Counted from the stretch's first letter, positions 8,163-18,045 are shown. The stretch is DNA of 64,000 nucleotides from Haloferula sp. (GCA_037190465.1 JBBCJF010000024.1:18039-82038); one strand, 5' to 3'. The notes: generated by a model from the letters alone, not told the origin. Numbers and translations are program-made.

Positions 8163-10906
8163 GCGTGCGAGACGGTTTGGAGCACGCTTTCGCAGCGTTG
8201 GCACAGGCCCGCACCGCCGAGCGGCTCGTAGCGGCGGCAGCGTGGGCACATCTGGTATTCCGTCTTCGCGGCGCCCGCCTTCAATTCGGCGCCGGCGCTG
8301 ACATCCAGTCCGGCAACAATGAAGAACTCGGTCGCGAACTGCCGGTCGCGCAGAAGCTGGTAAACCGGCTCGCCGGCGGGAACGACCAGCGTGACGGCGG
8401 CTTCGTTGTTCTTGGTAAAAGTTTTCGTCTTGATCTGTTCCTCGATGGCGGTCTGCACCGTGTGGCGGATTTCCAGCAGGCGGCTGACCTTCGCCGCGGC
8501 CTCGCCGGAGGCGAAGGCGGGATCGGGCTCGGGGAAATCCTGCTCATGCACGCTGCCCTCGGTGAAGGGGGCATGCTCCCATGCTTCGTCCGCGGTGTAG
8601 GCGAGGATGGGGGCGAGCAGGCGGCAGAGGGCGTTGAAGACATCGTACATCGCCGTCTGACTGGCGCGGCGGCGGACGGAACTACGGGCATCGCAGTACA
8701 TCCGGTCCTTCGTCGCGTCGATGTAGATGGCGGAGAGTTCGGCGGTGCAGAATTGGTTGATGGCGTTGAAGACCTTGCGGAATTCGTATTGCTCATACGC
8801 CTTGCGGCATTCGGCGACGACGGCGTGGAGCCTTTCGAGGATCCATTGGTCGAGCAGCGGCAGGTGGCTGGGGGCCACGCGGTCCATTTCCGGGTCGAAG
8901 CCGTCGAGGTTGCCGAGGAGGATGCGCAGGGTGTTGCGCAGGCGGCGGTAGGGCTCGGCGACCTGCTTGAAGAGATCTTCGCCGAAGGGCACTTCGTTCT
9001 GCCAATCGACGGAGGAGACCCACAGGCGCACGATGTCGGCGCCGTATTTGTTGTAGAAATGCGCGGCGTCGATCGGCTTGCCGGCCTTTTCCGCCTCGGA
9101 CTTCGAGAGCTTCTTTTTGTCCTTGTCGACGACGAAGCCGTGGGTGAGCACGGATTTGTACGGGGCCGCGCCGCGCCAGGCGACGCTCATCATCAGCGAA
9201 CTCTGGAACCAGCCGCGGTGCTGGTCGGTGGCTTCGAGATAGAGGTCACAGGGGGCGTGGAGTTCGGGATGCTTTTCGAGCACGGCGACGTGGGAGCAGC
9301 CGGAGTCGATCCAGACGTCGAGGGTGTCGCGGCACTTCTTCATGTCCGCGGGCAGGCCGAGCAGCGCGGCGAGTTCGGCGTCGGATTTCTCGAACCAGAG
9401 GTTGGTGCCTTCCTTTTCGACGAGGTCGGCGACCTTGCGGGCGATGTCGGCGGAGAGGATGGCCTTGCCTTCGGCGTCGAAGAAGACGGGAAGCGGCACA
9501 CCCCAGGTGCGTTGGCGCGAGATGCACCAGTCGGGCCGGGCTTCGACGGTCCCATGGATACGGTTGCGGCCCCAGGAGGGCAGCCATTCCACCTGGTCGA
9601 TGGCTTCGAGCGCTTTGCCGCGCAGGGTTTCGAGCGAGATGAAGAACTGCTCGACCGCGCGGAAGATGATCGGCGTCTTCGAGCGCCAGCAATGGGGATA
9701 GCTGTGCTTATAGACTTCGCGGGCGAGCAGCATGCCCCTGCTTTCGAGCAATTCGACGATGGGCTCGTTCGATTTGAAGACATGCTTGCCGACCAGATCG
9801 GGCAGGCCGCATTCGGCGGTGAAGTTGCCGTCGTCATCAACCGGGGAAAGCACGTCGAGGCCGTATTGCTGGCCGGCCACATAGTCGTCCGCGCCGTGGC
9901 CGGGGGCGATGTGGACGGCGCCGGTGCCGGTTTCGGTGGTGACGAACTGGCCGAGGATGAGCTTGGAGGAGCGGTCGAGGAATGGGTGGCGGGCTTCGAG
10001 GTGTTCCAGTTCGCGGCCCTTGAGTTCCTTGAGCACGGAAGTACGGCGCATGCCGGACTTTTCCTCCAGCGCCGCGACGAGTTCGCGGACGACGATGAGG
10101 ATTTCGCGGCGGCCGTTGCCCTCGAACTGGCCGACTTCGTAGGTGAAGTCGGGGTGCACGGCCACGCCGAGGTTCGCGGGGAGGGTCCACGGGGTGGTGG
10201 TCCAGATCGCGATGGCGGCGTTGCCGATGCCGAGTTTGGCGGCGGATTCCGGAGTGAGCGGGAATTTGACGAAGATCGCGGGGCTTTCCTTGTCCTGATA
10301 CTCCACCTCGGCCTCGGCCAGCGCGGTGTGGGCGCCGTAGGACCACTGGACGGGTTTCTTCGACTGATAGACCACGCCGCTTTCGACGAGTTTGGCGAAG
10401 ACGCGCAGGATCTCCGCTTCGTAGCCCGGAGCCATGGTCAGGTAGGGATTCTCCCAGTCGCCGAAGACGCCGAGGCGGCGGAAGGAGGCGCGCTGGATGT
10501 CGATGAATTTTTCCGCGAACTCGGTGCAGCGGCGGCGGATCTCGGCGGGTTCGAGGCCGGCGGTCTGCTTGACGACTTTGAACTCGATCGGCAGGCCGTG
10601 GCAGTCCCAGCCAGGTACGAAGGGCGCCGTACATCCGGCCATCGTCTTCGATTTCACCACGAGGTCCTTGAGCACCTTGTTGAGCGCGGTGCCCATGTGC
10701 ACGTCGCCGTTGGCGAAAGGCGGGCCGTCGTGCAGCAGGAATGTCGGGGCGTTCTGCGTGCGGCGACGGGCGAGGATGCGCTGGTAGAGGCCGTTTTGCT
10801 CCCAAATCGCCAGCCGCTTCGGCTCGTTTTCCACAAGGTCCCCGCGCATGGGGAACGTGGTCTGCGGCAGCAGCAGCGTGTCTTTGTAGTGCGAATCGGT
10901 GCTCAT
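8159..10906 (-). CDS. ileS: Isoleucine--tRNA ligase
   Basis: 915 aa with an ATG start. The HIGH motif appears as PFANGDVHMGT and the KMSKS motif as KLSKS. There is a CP1 editing domain and a C-terminal Zn-finger (CPRCRRY..CQRC). Confidence 0.97.
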   Translation of the reverse strand: MSTDSHYKDTLLLPQTTFPMRGDLVENEPKRLAIWEQNGLYQRILARRRTQNAPTFLLHDGPPFANGDVHMGTALNKVLKDLVVKSKTMAGCTAPFVPGWDCHGLPIEFKVVKQTAGLEPAEIRRRCTEFAEKFIDIQRASFRRLGVFGDWENPYLTMAPGYEAEILRVFAKLVESGVVYQSKKPVQWSYGAHTALAEAEVEYQDKESPAIFVKFPLTPESAAKLGIGNAAIAIWTTTPWTLPANLGVAVHPDFTYEVGQFEGNGRREILIVVRELVAALEEKSGMRRTSVLKELKGRELEHLEARHPFLDRSSKLILGQFVTTETGTGAVHIAPGHGADDYVAGQQYGLDVLSPVDDDGNFTAECGLPDLVGKHVFKSNEPIVELLESRGMLLAREVYKHSYPHCWRSKTPIIFRAVEQFFISLETLRGKALEAIDQVEWLPSWGRNRIHGTVEARPDWCISRQRTWGVPLPVFFDAEGKAILSADIARKVADLVEKEGTNLWFEKSDAELAALLGLPADMKKCRDTLDVWIDSGCSHVAVLEKHPELHAPCDLYLEATDQHRGWFQSSLMMSVAWRGAAPYKSVLTHGFVVDKDKKKLSKSEAEKAGKPIDAAHFYNKYGADIVRLWVSSVDWQNEVPFGEDLFKQVAEPYRRLRNTLRILLGNLDGFDPEMDRVAPSHLPLLDQWILERLHAVVAECRKAYEQYEFRKVFNAINQFCTAELSAIYIDATKDRMYCDARSSVRRRASQTAMYDVFNALCRLLAPILAYTADEAWEHAPFTEGSVHEQDFPEPDPAFASGEAAAKVSRLLEIRHTVQTAIEEQIKTKTFTKNNEAAVTLVVPAGEPVYQLLRDRQFATEFFIVAGLDVSAGAELKAGAAKTEYQMCPRCRRYEPLGGAGLCQRCESVLQTVSHA

Positions 10907-11078
10907 CGGCGGGCGCGGACGCTAGCAACGCGCCCCGGGGGGGTCAATCACCGGGGAGAGGTGTTGAAAATCAGGGGAAAATGCTGGTGAGTGACATCGG
11001 CGAAGACGCTGGTGCTCGTGCAGGGCTGCTTTTCCCAGGCTTTACGGAGGCGGGCACCGCACTGCATGCTGGGGCCGC

Positions 11079-11915
11079 ATGAAAGGCTTGTCCGCGATCC
11101 TGTCCGTTCCGCTCGCCCTATGCCTCTTCGCCTGCTCGCCTGGCGATGGGGTGCCGAAAATGCCGCCCGCTCCGTCGTCCGCGCTTCCCCCAGCGGCGAT
11201 CCGTGCGGACTCGGACGCGCGCTTCGCCGTCCTGCTTGGCGGGGCAGGCGCGGCGTCGCCGATTTTCAGCCAGTACTCCGCCAACGGGCCGGCGCAGTTG
11301 GCAGCGAATTTCACCCGCCGCCTCGATTTCACCGGCGTGGCGTGGGACGAATCCCGCACCGCGACGCTCGTCTCCCCTATCCATGCGGTCATGGCCGCGC
11401 ATTACACGCGCCCCGTGGGGGCAAGGGTGGTTTTCCACGACCGCAAGGGTCAGCCGCATGCCCGCACCATCACGGCGATCGAGCGCGTGCCGGGCTTGGA
11501 TGTCGCCGTCGTTCGTCTCGATTCGCCCGTGCCGGTGGCCTTTTACCGGGTGCTGCCGCCATCATCTTCGTATGCGGGACCTCTGACGGGATGTCTGGTG
11601 GTGGTCACCGACCAGTGGCGGATGGCCTTCGTCCACGAAATCGCCGGGGTGCGCGAAAAGAGCGTTTCCTTCCGTCATCCTTCGCCGGATCGCGGCATCA
11701 CGCTGTTGACGAAGGATCTCGTCTCCGGCGATTCGGGCAGCCCGGCATTCCTGCTCGTGGGCGGGGAGCTGGTGCTGATCGAGACACACACCACCGGCGG
11801 GGCAGGCGCGGGGCCTTTCTATGGATCGCCAGCGGTGTTTTCCGGCGTGAACGAAGCGATGCGGAAGCTCGGCGGCGGTTATCAACTGTCCATCGCGCCC
11901 GTTACGGGCGGCTGA
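11079..11915 (+). CDS. Trypsin-like serine peptidase lipoprotein
   Basis: The lipobox is LALCLFAC|S. A chymotrypsin-fold triad is present in the canonical order: AAHY (His), DVAVVRLD (Asp) and SGDSGSPAF (Ser). Confidence 0.65.
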   Translation: MKGLSAILSVPLALCLFACSPGDGVPKMPPAPSSALPPAAIRADSDARFAVLLGGAGAASPIFSQYSANGPAQLAANFTRRLDFTGVAWDESRTATLVSPIHAVMAAHYTRPVGARVVFHDRKGQPHARTITAIERVPGLDVAVVRLDSPVPVAFYRVLPPSSSYAGPLTGCLVVVTDQWRMAFVHEIAGVREKSVSFRHPSPDRGITLLTKDLVSGDSGSPAFLLVGGELVLIETHTTGGAGAGPFYGSPAVFSGVNEAMRKLGGGYQLSIAPVTGG

Positions 11916-12006
11916 TCCGCCCCGCGAATCATGCGGGATCGATCCGCGCTTCGGAACTTTGCCGTCTTCCCTTTCCTCCGGCATCGGTTATGCTCGCCGG
12001 TGGATC

Positions 12007-12489
12007 ATGCCTGAAGCCATTCCGAAAATGATCATCTGGATGGTGATCGCCGTGTGGCCGCTCGCTCTTGTCGCGGGCTGGCTGCTCAAGCGGCATTGGG
12101 CGCGGCGCTACGAACGGCTCGGCGAATCCACCTCCGAGGAAATGCTCGCCGAACTTGCCAATGCCTACGCGCCGCGCCGCAGCATTCTCATCCGCACCCA
12201 CACGGAATACCTTCCTTTCGTCTTCGAAAGCGTCCGCGAAGTGGTGGACGCTGGCTTCGGCGACAAGCAGATGCTTTCGCTCCTGCAACGCATCGATCTC
12301 CACCCGCCCTACGACGAACGCCGCGCCGTCTTTCCCGTCGAAGTGAGGGGCCGCAGCACCGATCTTCTCTTCGAATGGTCCCGCGACCCAGGCGACCGCA
12401 TCCGCCTGCGGGCGACCGCCGCTCCCGTCATCATCCGCGCCCTGCGCGAACAGAAGAAAAAGATCCCGAAAGCGGCGCTGGCGGAGTGA
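12007..12489 (+). CDS. Hypothetical N-terminally anchored protein
   Basis: 160 aa with one N-terminal TM segment (MIIWMVIAVWPLALVAGWLL). I recognise no motif. Either the ATG at 12007 or the one at 11959 could be the start. Confidence 0.45.
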   Translation: MPEAIPKMIIWMVIAVWPLALVAGWLLKRHWARRYERLGESTSEEMLAELANAYAPRRSILIRTHTEYLPFVFESVREVVDAGFGDKQMLSLLQRIDLHPPYDERRAVFPVEVRGRSTDLLFEWSRDPGDRIRLRATAAPVIIRALREQKKKIPKAALAE

Positions 12490-13926
12490 CTACACCCGCG
12501 CCTCCAGCCATTTCCCGCGGAAATGGACCCACGAGAAAATCAGCGCCTGGGTCAGCAGATCGAGCGAGAAAATGACCCACACTACCCGCAGGTCGAACCA
12601 CGCCGCGTCCTTGAAGCACGCCAGCATCACGATCCGGTAAAAGATCATGCTGCCGAAGGACCAGCGCATCACCACCCCCGTCGCCCCCGCGCCGCGCATC
12701 GAAGTTTTCAAAATGATGCAGGTCGCGAAAAACGGCTGTGCCAGCGCGCAGATCAGCACCAGCGGCGATGCGATGTTCTGGTGCAGCTCGCTGTCAGGCG
12801 CCATCAGCGCGATCAATCCGTCGCGGCCGAAAACGAAAATCAGCCCCATCGCCCCCATCAGCCCTACCGCTGCCTTCCAGCACAGCCGCACCGAGCGCAC
12901 CGCCATCTCCTTTGACCCCGCGCCCAGATATTGTCCAACCAGCGCCGCACCCGCCGTCGCGATCGCCCAGCCGGGCAGGAAGCTCATCGACTCCACCCGG
13001 ATCGCCAGGATGTGCGCGCCGAGATTCCCTTCCCCCGGCAGCGTCGCGATCACATGAATGCCGTACGCGTGGATGCTCCACATGAAACCGATCTCCAGCG
13101 ACTGCGGCGCGCCGACCCGCACGATCCGCCCCATCGTCTCTCCGTGAAAACGCAGCCCCGCCCAGCTCCACGACAGCAGCCCCTTCCGCCGCACCAGCAG
13201 CAGCGAGACCGTCGCCAGCCCGGACGCCCAGCCGCATACCGTCCCGATTGCGATCCCTGTCACCCCATGGCCGCCGAGCGGCTCCGGCCCCAGCGCGAGC
13301 AGACCGCTCACCACCATGTTCACCACATTCACCACGCACATCCCGACAAAGGGCGTCCGCGTGTCCCCGGCTCCGCGTAAAGCCGCATTGATCGCGAACA
13401 TCGCCCCGCTGAAAGGTCCCGAAATCGCCAGGATCCTCAGGAAATCCTCCGCATGCACCGCTGCCGCCGGGCTCAGCCCGATCCCCCGGATCAATGCCGG
13501 GATGCCCGCTTGCAACGCCAGCAGCGAAAACATCCCCGCCGTGATCCCCAGCCACAAACCCTGCCCCAGCCCGCGCTTCGCCAAACCATGATCTCCCGCT
13601 CCCGTCGCCCGCGAAACCAGCGCCATCACCCCCGTCGCCACCGCCCCTTGCAGGATGTTGAAAAACCAGCCGACATAACCTCCCAGCCCCATCGCATCCA
13701 GGATCGCCGCGCGCTCCTCGGCCATCCGATCCTCAGCCACCGCGATCCGCCCGGCGATCAGCAAGTCCACAAAGCCGACGCAGAACGCCAGCACCTGCTC
13801 CAGCAGGGGCCACACCGCCAGCACCGCCACCTGCCGTGGCAACGACAGGCCGGCCAGGCGTCCGCCGAGAGCCACCTCCGGAATCGCCCGCTGACTCGCC
13901 TCCACACTCGCTCCGGGCTTCGACAT
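12490..13926 (-). CDS. MATE family efflux transporter
   Basis: 478 aa with an ATG start and 12 TM segments. MATE-like repeats are visible (LLEQVLAFCVGFVDLLIAGR.. and ..LVGQYLGAG). Confidence 0.88.
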   Translation of the reverse strand: MSKPGASVEASQRAIPEVALGGRLAGLSLPRQVAVLAVWPLLEQVLAFCVGFVDLLIAGRIAVAEDRMAEERAAILDAMGLGGYVGWFFNILQGAVATGVMALVSRATGAGDHGLAKRGLGQGLWLGITAGMFSLLALQAGIPALIRGIGLSPAAAVHAEDFLRILAISGPFSGAMFAINAALRGAGDTRTPFVGMCVVNVVNMVVSGLLALGPEPLGGHGVTGIAIGTVCGWASGLATVSLLLVRRKGLLSWSWAGLRFHGETMGRIVRVGAPQSLEIGFMWSIHAYGIHVIATLPGEGNLGAHILAIRVESMSFLPGWAIATAGAALVGQYLGAGSKEMAVRSVRLCWKAAVGLMGAMGLIFVFGRDGLIALMAPDSELHQNIASPLVLICALAQPFFATCIILKTSMRGAGATGVVMRWSFGSMIFYRIVMLACFKDAAWFDLRVVWVIFSLDLLTQALIFSWVHFRGKWLEARV

Positions 13927-13986
13927 CGGCTGCGCCCGATTGGCTAGCGGGCCGGATTCGGCATTTCAACCCGGCTCCCCGGAAAA

Positions 13987-14619
13987 GTGGTGGCCGCTGA
14001 CCACTTCCACCCCTTCCTGCGAATCCCAGTGGCGCATCGCATCCCCCGGGCGTATGCTTCCCCCGCAGTGAGCGCTGACTCTCCCATCGACCTCCAAGGC
14101 CACCTCCTGCTGGCCGACCCCTCCTTGCGCGACGGGATCTTCGACCGCTCCGTGGTGCTCCTCGCCAACCACTCCTCAGATGAAGGCGCCTTCGGGCTCA
14201 TTCTCAACCACCCGACCGGCCACAGCGTCGGCGACTTTCTCAAGGGCGACGACTTCGAACCACTGAAAAACATCGCCGTCCACTTCGGCGGGCCGGTCTC
14301 CCGCGAGCACCTCACCTTCTCCGCCTTCTGGTGGGGCAAGGAAGGCAGCCTGAAGTGGCACGTGCGCATCCCGGCCGACCAGGCTATCCGCCGCAGCCGC
14401 CAGCCGGGCACGCTGGTCCGCGCCTTCGTCGGCTACTCGGGCTGGACCGCCGGCCAGCTCGAAGGCGAACTCCGCCGCAACGCTTGGATCGCCACTCGTC
14501 CGGCCTCCACCATCCTCGGCCAGCCCCATGATCGCGCCCTCTGGGCCGACATCCTGCGCACCATGTCTCCCTACCACCGCATCCTCGCCGAAGCCCCGGA
14601 CAATCCCTGGACGAACTGA
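13987..14619 (+). CDS. YqgE/AlgH family protein (UPF0301)
   Basis: LQGHLLLADPSLRDGIFDRSVVLLANHSSDEGAFGLILNHP..HFGGPV..GYSGWTAGQLEGELRRNAWI matches the family signature. The start is uncertain, with GTG candidates at 13987 and 14068. Confidence 0.85.
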   Translation: MVAADHFHPFLRIPVAHRIPRAYASPAVSADSPIDLQGHLLLADPSLRDGIFDRSVVLLANHSSDEGAFGLILNHPTGHSVGDFLKGDDFEPLKNIAVHFGGPVSREHLTFSAFWWGKEGSLKWHVRIPADQAIRRSRQPGTLVRAFVGYSGWTAGQLEGELRRNAWIATRPASTILGQPHDRALWADILRTMSPYHRILAEAPDNPWTN

Positions 14620-14634
14620 AATCCACCTCGTGCC

Positions 14635-15057
14635 ATGGCGGACGGAGACTTCATCGTGGTGGCCTTCGACGGCGATTGCCTGATGTGCAGCGGCGGCATC
14701 CGCTTCCTCGCCGAGCGGGACCGCCGGAATCGCCTCCGTTTCGTGAAACTGCAAAGCCCGCTGGGCCGCGACATGGAGCGCCGCTCCGGGGTGAGCGGCC
14801 TGAGCACCATGGTGGTCGACCCCGGTACCGGCGGCCCCATACTGACGAAATCCTCCGGCGTGCTGCTCGTGCTGCGCGAACTCGGCGGCCGCTGGGGATT
14901 GCTGGCACGTCTGGCAGGACTAGTTCCGCGTGGCCTGCGGGATGCCGCCTACGATTTCATTGCCGCCCGGCGACACCGCCTGACCGGCGGGCGGCAATCC
15001 TGCGGCCTGCCTTCCGAAGCGGTGCGGGAGCGCCTGCTGGACGGCGAGCGGGTTTGA
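14635..15057 (+). CDS. Thiol-disulfide oxidoreductase DCC family protein (DUF393)
   Basis: 140 aa with an ATG start. The N-terminal FDGDCLMCSGGIRFLAERD carries the family's CxxC motif. Confidence 0.8.
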   Translation: MADGDFIVVAFDGDCLMCSGGIRFLAERDRRNRLRFVKLQSPLGRDMERRSGVSGLSTMVVDPGTGGPILTKSSGVLLVLRELGGRWGLLARLAGLVPRGLRDAAYDFIAARRHRLTGGRQSCGLPSEAVRERLLDGERV

Positions 15058-15087
15058 CAGGCCGGGCGCAGCGGCCTTTCCTGCGGC

Positions 15088-16155
15088 GTGTCGCCGGATG
15101 ACCGACAAGATTTCTCCTTCGCCTTCCTGAGCATCCTGTTCGAGGGCGCGCCCTTCATCCTGCTCGGCACGCTCATCAGCGGTCTCATCGACATCTACCT
15201 GCCGGCGGGAACCATGGACCGCCTGTTGCCGAAGCGGCGCTTCCCCGCCATCCTCGTCTCCGGCCTGCTCGGCGCCATTCTGCCTGTCTGCGAATGCGCC
15301 GTCGTCCCGGTGATCCGCCGCCTCGTGAAAAAGGGCCTGCCCGTCTCCTGCGCGCTCACCTACATGCTCGCCGCGCCGATCGTGAACCCGGTCACCGCAC
15401 TGAGCACCTGGAAGGCCTTCCGCGGCCCGGTCATTCCCTTCGGCGAAGGGAGCGAATTCACCGCCAGCCTCGTGATGACCGTCTCGCGGCTCGGCCTCGG
15501 CTTCCTGCTCGCCGTGGCCGTGGGCCTGATCGTCGCGAAAATCCCGCTGGTGAAGCTCCTGCGCCAGCGCTTGGTCGACAGCCTGGCGAAAGAAGACGCG
15601 GAAAAGCACACGCACCATCACGACCACGACCATTCCTGCTGCGGCCACGATCATCACCACCACGATCACGACGATCACGAGCACTCCTGCTGCGATCACC
15701 ATCATCACCACGACCACAACCACGGCGACGACAACCGTCTGGTCGCCGCCTTCCGCTCGGCCATGCGCGACTTCGTGGACGTGGGCGTCTACTTCACCAT
15801 CGGCGTCGCCATCACCGCTCTCTTCAACACCGGCATCGCCCCCGGCGCGGAATGGCTTGATGGGCTGGCGGCAAACGACATCGCCGCCCCCGCGGCGCTC
15901 ATGGCGCTGGCCTTCATCCTCAGCCTGTGCAGCACCTCGGATGCGTTCATCGCCGCCACCCTCGACAAATTCACCTACGGCGCGAAGCTCGCCTTCCTCA
16001 CCTACGGTCCGATGATGGACGTGAAGCTGCTCTTTCTCTATCAGACCGTGCTTCGCCGCCGCTTCATCCTGCTGCTTGCTCTGGGCCTCTTCATCGCCAC
16101 CGGCGTCGCGGCCATTGCCTGGCAGGCCGGCATCTCCTCCCTCGCCCCGCAATGA
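15088..16155 (+). CDS. Permease (UPF0718/DUF318 family) with a His/Cys-rich cytoplasmic loop
   Basis: ILFEGAPFILLGTLISGLI..LLGAILPVCECAVVPVIRRLVKKGLP is typical of this permease family. A 43-aa loop reads HTHHHDHDHSCCGHDHHHHDHDDHEHSCCDHHHHHDHNHGDDN. The start codon is GTG. Confidence 0.85.
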   Translation: MSPDDRQDFSFAFLSILFEGAPFILLGTLISGLIDIYLPAGTMDRLLPKRRFPAILVSGLLGAILPVCECAVVPVIRRLVKKGLPVSCALTYMLAAPIVNPVTALSTWKAFRGPVIPFGEGSEFTASLVMTVSRLGLGFLLAVAVGLIVAKIPLVKLLRQRLVDSLAKEDAEKHTHHHDHDHSCCGHDHHHHDHDDHEHSCCDHHHHHDHNHGDDNRLVAAFRSAMRDFVDVGVYFTIGVAITALFNTGIAPGAEWLDGLAANDIAAPAALMALAFILSLCSTSDAFIAATLDKFTYGAKLAFLTYGPMMDVKLLFLYQTVLRRRFILLLALGLFIATGVAAIAWQAGISSLAPQ

Positions 16156-16964
16156 CCGCACCGATCCAGAGAACTCTCTTCTCCACCGCCCTCCTCACCT
16201 GGGGCGGGGTGCTGGTCTACTTCTACGCCAGCGGGCGGATCGTCAAATACCTTGCCCCGGACTTCCGCATGTTCGCCCTGGCCGGCGGCCTGGGCCTGCT
16301 GGTGGTGGGGCTTTTCAATCTCCTCACCGCCGGTCAGCGCGCCGCCTGTGGCCACGACCACGGCCCGGACGACTCCCATGACCACGAAAGCCTCGACGTC
16401 CATCCCCTCGCCGCCTTCCTTGTCCTCGTCGTGCCACTGGTGCTGGGCGTCGCATGGACCAAGGACACCTACTCCACCAGTGCCCTGTCTCGCAAAGGAC
16501 TCTTCGACGCGCCCTCGGAAGCCGGTTCGCTCTTCATGAGCTCCATGCTGCCGAAGCTCACCCGCGAAGTGATCGAGCAGCAGCATCCGATGAACGCCGA
16601 CGGCTACCACCCTTTCCCGCTGATGGAGCTTTTCTTCAGCAGCGGCGACCCCGAAATGCGCGAACTGGTCGAGGGCATGCCGGTCGTCACCGAAGGCCGC
16701 CTCGTCAACGATCCCGATGGCCCCGCCAATCAGCGCCGCCTCTACCGCCTCTTCATCACCTGCTGCGCCGCCGACAGCCGCGCCATCCCGATCGTCGTCC
16801 GCTTCAAGGGCGAAGCGCCCGCCGTCGAGGAAAATACCTGGATGAAACTCTCCGGCACCATGCGCTATCCCGACGAGGGCATGGGTTACATCCCTTTGCT
16901 GGAAGTCGAGCACGCCACGGAAGCCCCGCCTCCGCCGGAAGAATCCTTCATGCGCGGATTCTGA
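16152..16964 (+). CDS. TIGR03943/DUF1980 family membrane protein (partner subunit of the permease)
   Basis: The ATG overlaps the upstream stop (ATGA). There are two N-terminal TM segments, a His/Asp patch (ACGHDHGPDDSHDHES), and a C-terminal YRLFITCCAADSRAIPIVV motif typical of this family. Confidence 0.8.
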   Translation: MTAPIQRTLFSTALLTWGGVLVYFYASGRIVKYLAPDFRMFALAGGLGLLVVGLFNLLTAGQRAACGHDHGPDDSHDHESLDVHPLAAFLVLVVPLVLGVAWTKDTYSTSALSRKGLFDAPSEAGSLFMSSMLPKLTREVIEQQHPMNADGYHPFPLMELFFSSGDPEMRELVEGMPVVTEGRLVNDPDGPANQRRLYRLFITCCAADSRAIPIVVRFKGEAPAVEENTWMKLSGTMRYPDEGMGYIPLLEVEHATEAPPPPEESFMRGF

Positions 16965-16979
16965 ATTTCCGTGCTTCCG

Positions 16980-17963
16980 TCACTCCCCCCGCCTAGCCGC
17001 GGTCGCCGGGCTCGGTTCGCCCGCCCCGGGAGCTTCCTTCTCCTCCTTCGCAGGATCGATCAGCTTGCGGAAGCCGTCCGCCCAATCGGAAGCCTTCCTG
17101 TGCGTCACGTTTTTCTCGATGTGGGCCAGCATGCGCGCCGCGGCGCCCTGTTGGTCGCCGGCTTTGAAAAGATCCACCTCCATCTGCCACTGCAAATCGG
17201 GCAGCGTCTCGGCGAGGAACTTCGTGTGATCGGCCGTGCGCATCGCTTCGCGGGTCCCGACCCGGTTATTGTCGCGCTCGGCGCCCCAGTGTTCGCTGGC
17301 GAGCGTCTCGAACTTGATCCGCTTCAGCCACAGCGTGCGCAGTTTGACGATCGAATCGGCCTTGCGATGCGGGGGCATCAGCAGCGTGTCGAAAATCTCC
17401 GGAACCGAGCCCGGAGCCATCGGCCATCTTTTGACCTCCAGCCCGCCGATGTCGTAAGCGCGTGCGAAAACCGAACCCGTGGCGGATTCGAGCAGTACTT
17501 CCTGCCCCCCCTTCAGCTTTTCGACATCGTTAAATATCGCGTCGAGAGCGGACTCCGCCCGCGGGATGAGGGACGACAGGCTCCCCTTCGTCGAGGCGGC
17601 CTCCAGCGTCAGCATCAGCCAGTTGAGCTGGTGCCGCAGGGCGAGCCGCCGGCCCGGGTTGTCGATCTCTTCGGCATGCCGGCGGCGCCACTCGCGGAAA
17701 TCCTGGTTTTTACGGTACTGATCCTGGAACTGCACCTTCTCGATGCACTTCAGGTAAAGCTCCATCGTCGCCGTATCGCTCGAAAGCGCGCTGCGATAGG
17801 CGGCCACCGCCACCCGGAAACGCGCATCCACCTTCGCTTCGGCGGCCTCGCGCAGTTTTTCGAGCTGCTCGAGCAGCGCCTCCCGGTCGGCGTCTTTCAA
17901 CGCATCGGCGGAAACAGGCGCGATCGGCAGGAGAGCGGCGGCCAGAAGAAGGTGACGGTACAT
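16980..17963 (-). CDS. Hypothetical secreted alpha-helical protein
   Basis: 327 aa from the internal ATG. The signal peptide is MYRHLLLAAALLPIAPVSA. I recognise no motif. Confidence 0.55.
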   Translation of the reverse strand: MYRHLLLAAALLPIAPVSADALKDADREALLEQLEKLREAAEAKVDARFRVAVAAYRSALSSDTATMELYLKCIEKVQFQDQYRKNQDFREWRRRHAEEIDNPGRRLALRHQLNWLMLTLEAASTKGSLSSLIPRAESALDAIFNDVEKLKGGQEVLLESATGSVFARAYDIGGLEVKRWPMAPGSVPEIFDTLLMPPHRKADSIVKLRTLWLKRIKFETLASEHWGAERDNNRVGTREAMRTADHTKFLAETLPDLQWQMEVDLFKAGDQQGAAARMLAHIEKNVTHRKASDWADGFRKLIDPAKEEKEAPGAGEPSPATAARRGE

Positions 17964-18045
17964 GCGGATTTGGGCTTGAGCTGATCCGTAATAAAACGCC
18001 GCAACCCCTGCAAGGTTTTGCACCGGATAACCGAAATCGCGCGTT

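Noticed and set aside
8165-10990. A 941-aa ORF on the plus strand, antisense to ileS.
   Set aside because: It lies entirely opposite a gene with unmistakable IleS motifs. The product is low-complexity (Gly/Ala/Arg/Glu-rich) and typical of stop-codon-poor antisense frames in high-GC DNA.
10907-11078. The ileS upstream region examined for a T-box or leader structure.
   Set aside because: No specifier/T-box motif (AGGGTGGNACCGCG-like) or terminator/antiterminator pair is visible. T-box control of ileS is not expected outside Firmicutes-like lineages.
15600-15730. A CAC/GAC/CAT-rich low-complexity DNA tract.
   Set aside because: It encodes the His/Asp/Cys loop of the permease. It is not a microsatellite or a non-coding repeat.
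14920-16161. A 413-aa minus-strand ORF containing VVVVVVMMVI runs.
   Set aside because: It is the reverse complement of the His/Asp-codon-rich loop and TM segments of the permease gene, so it is an artefact.
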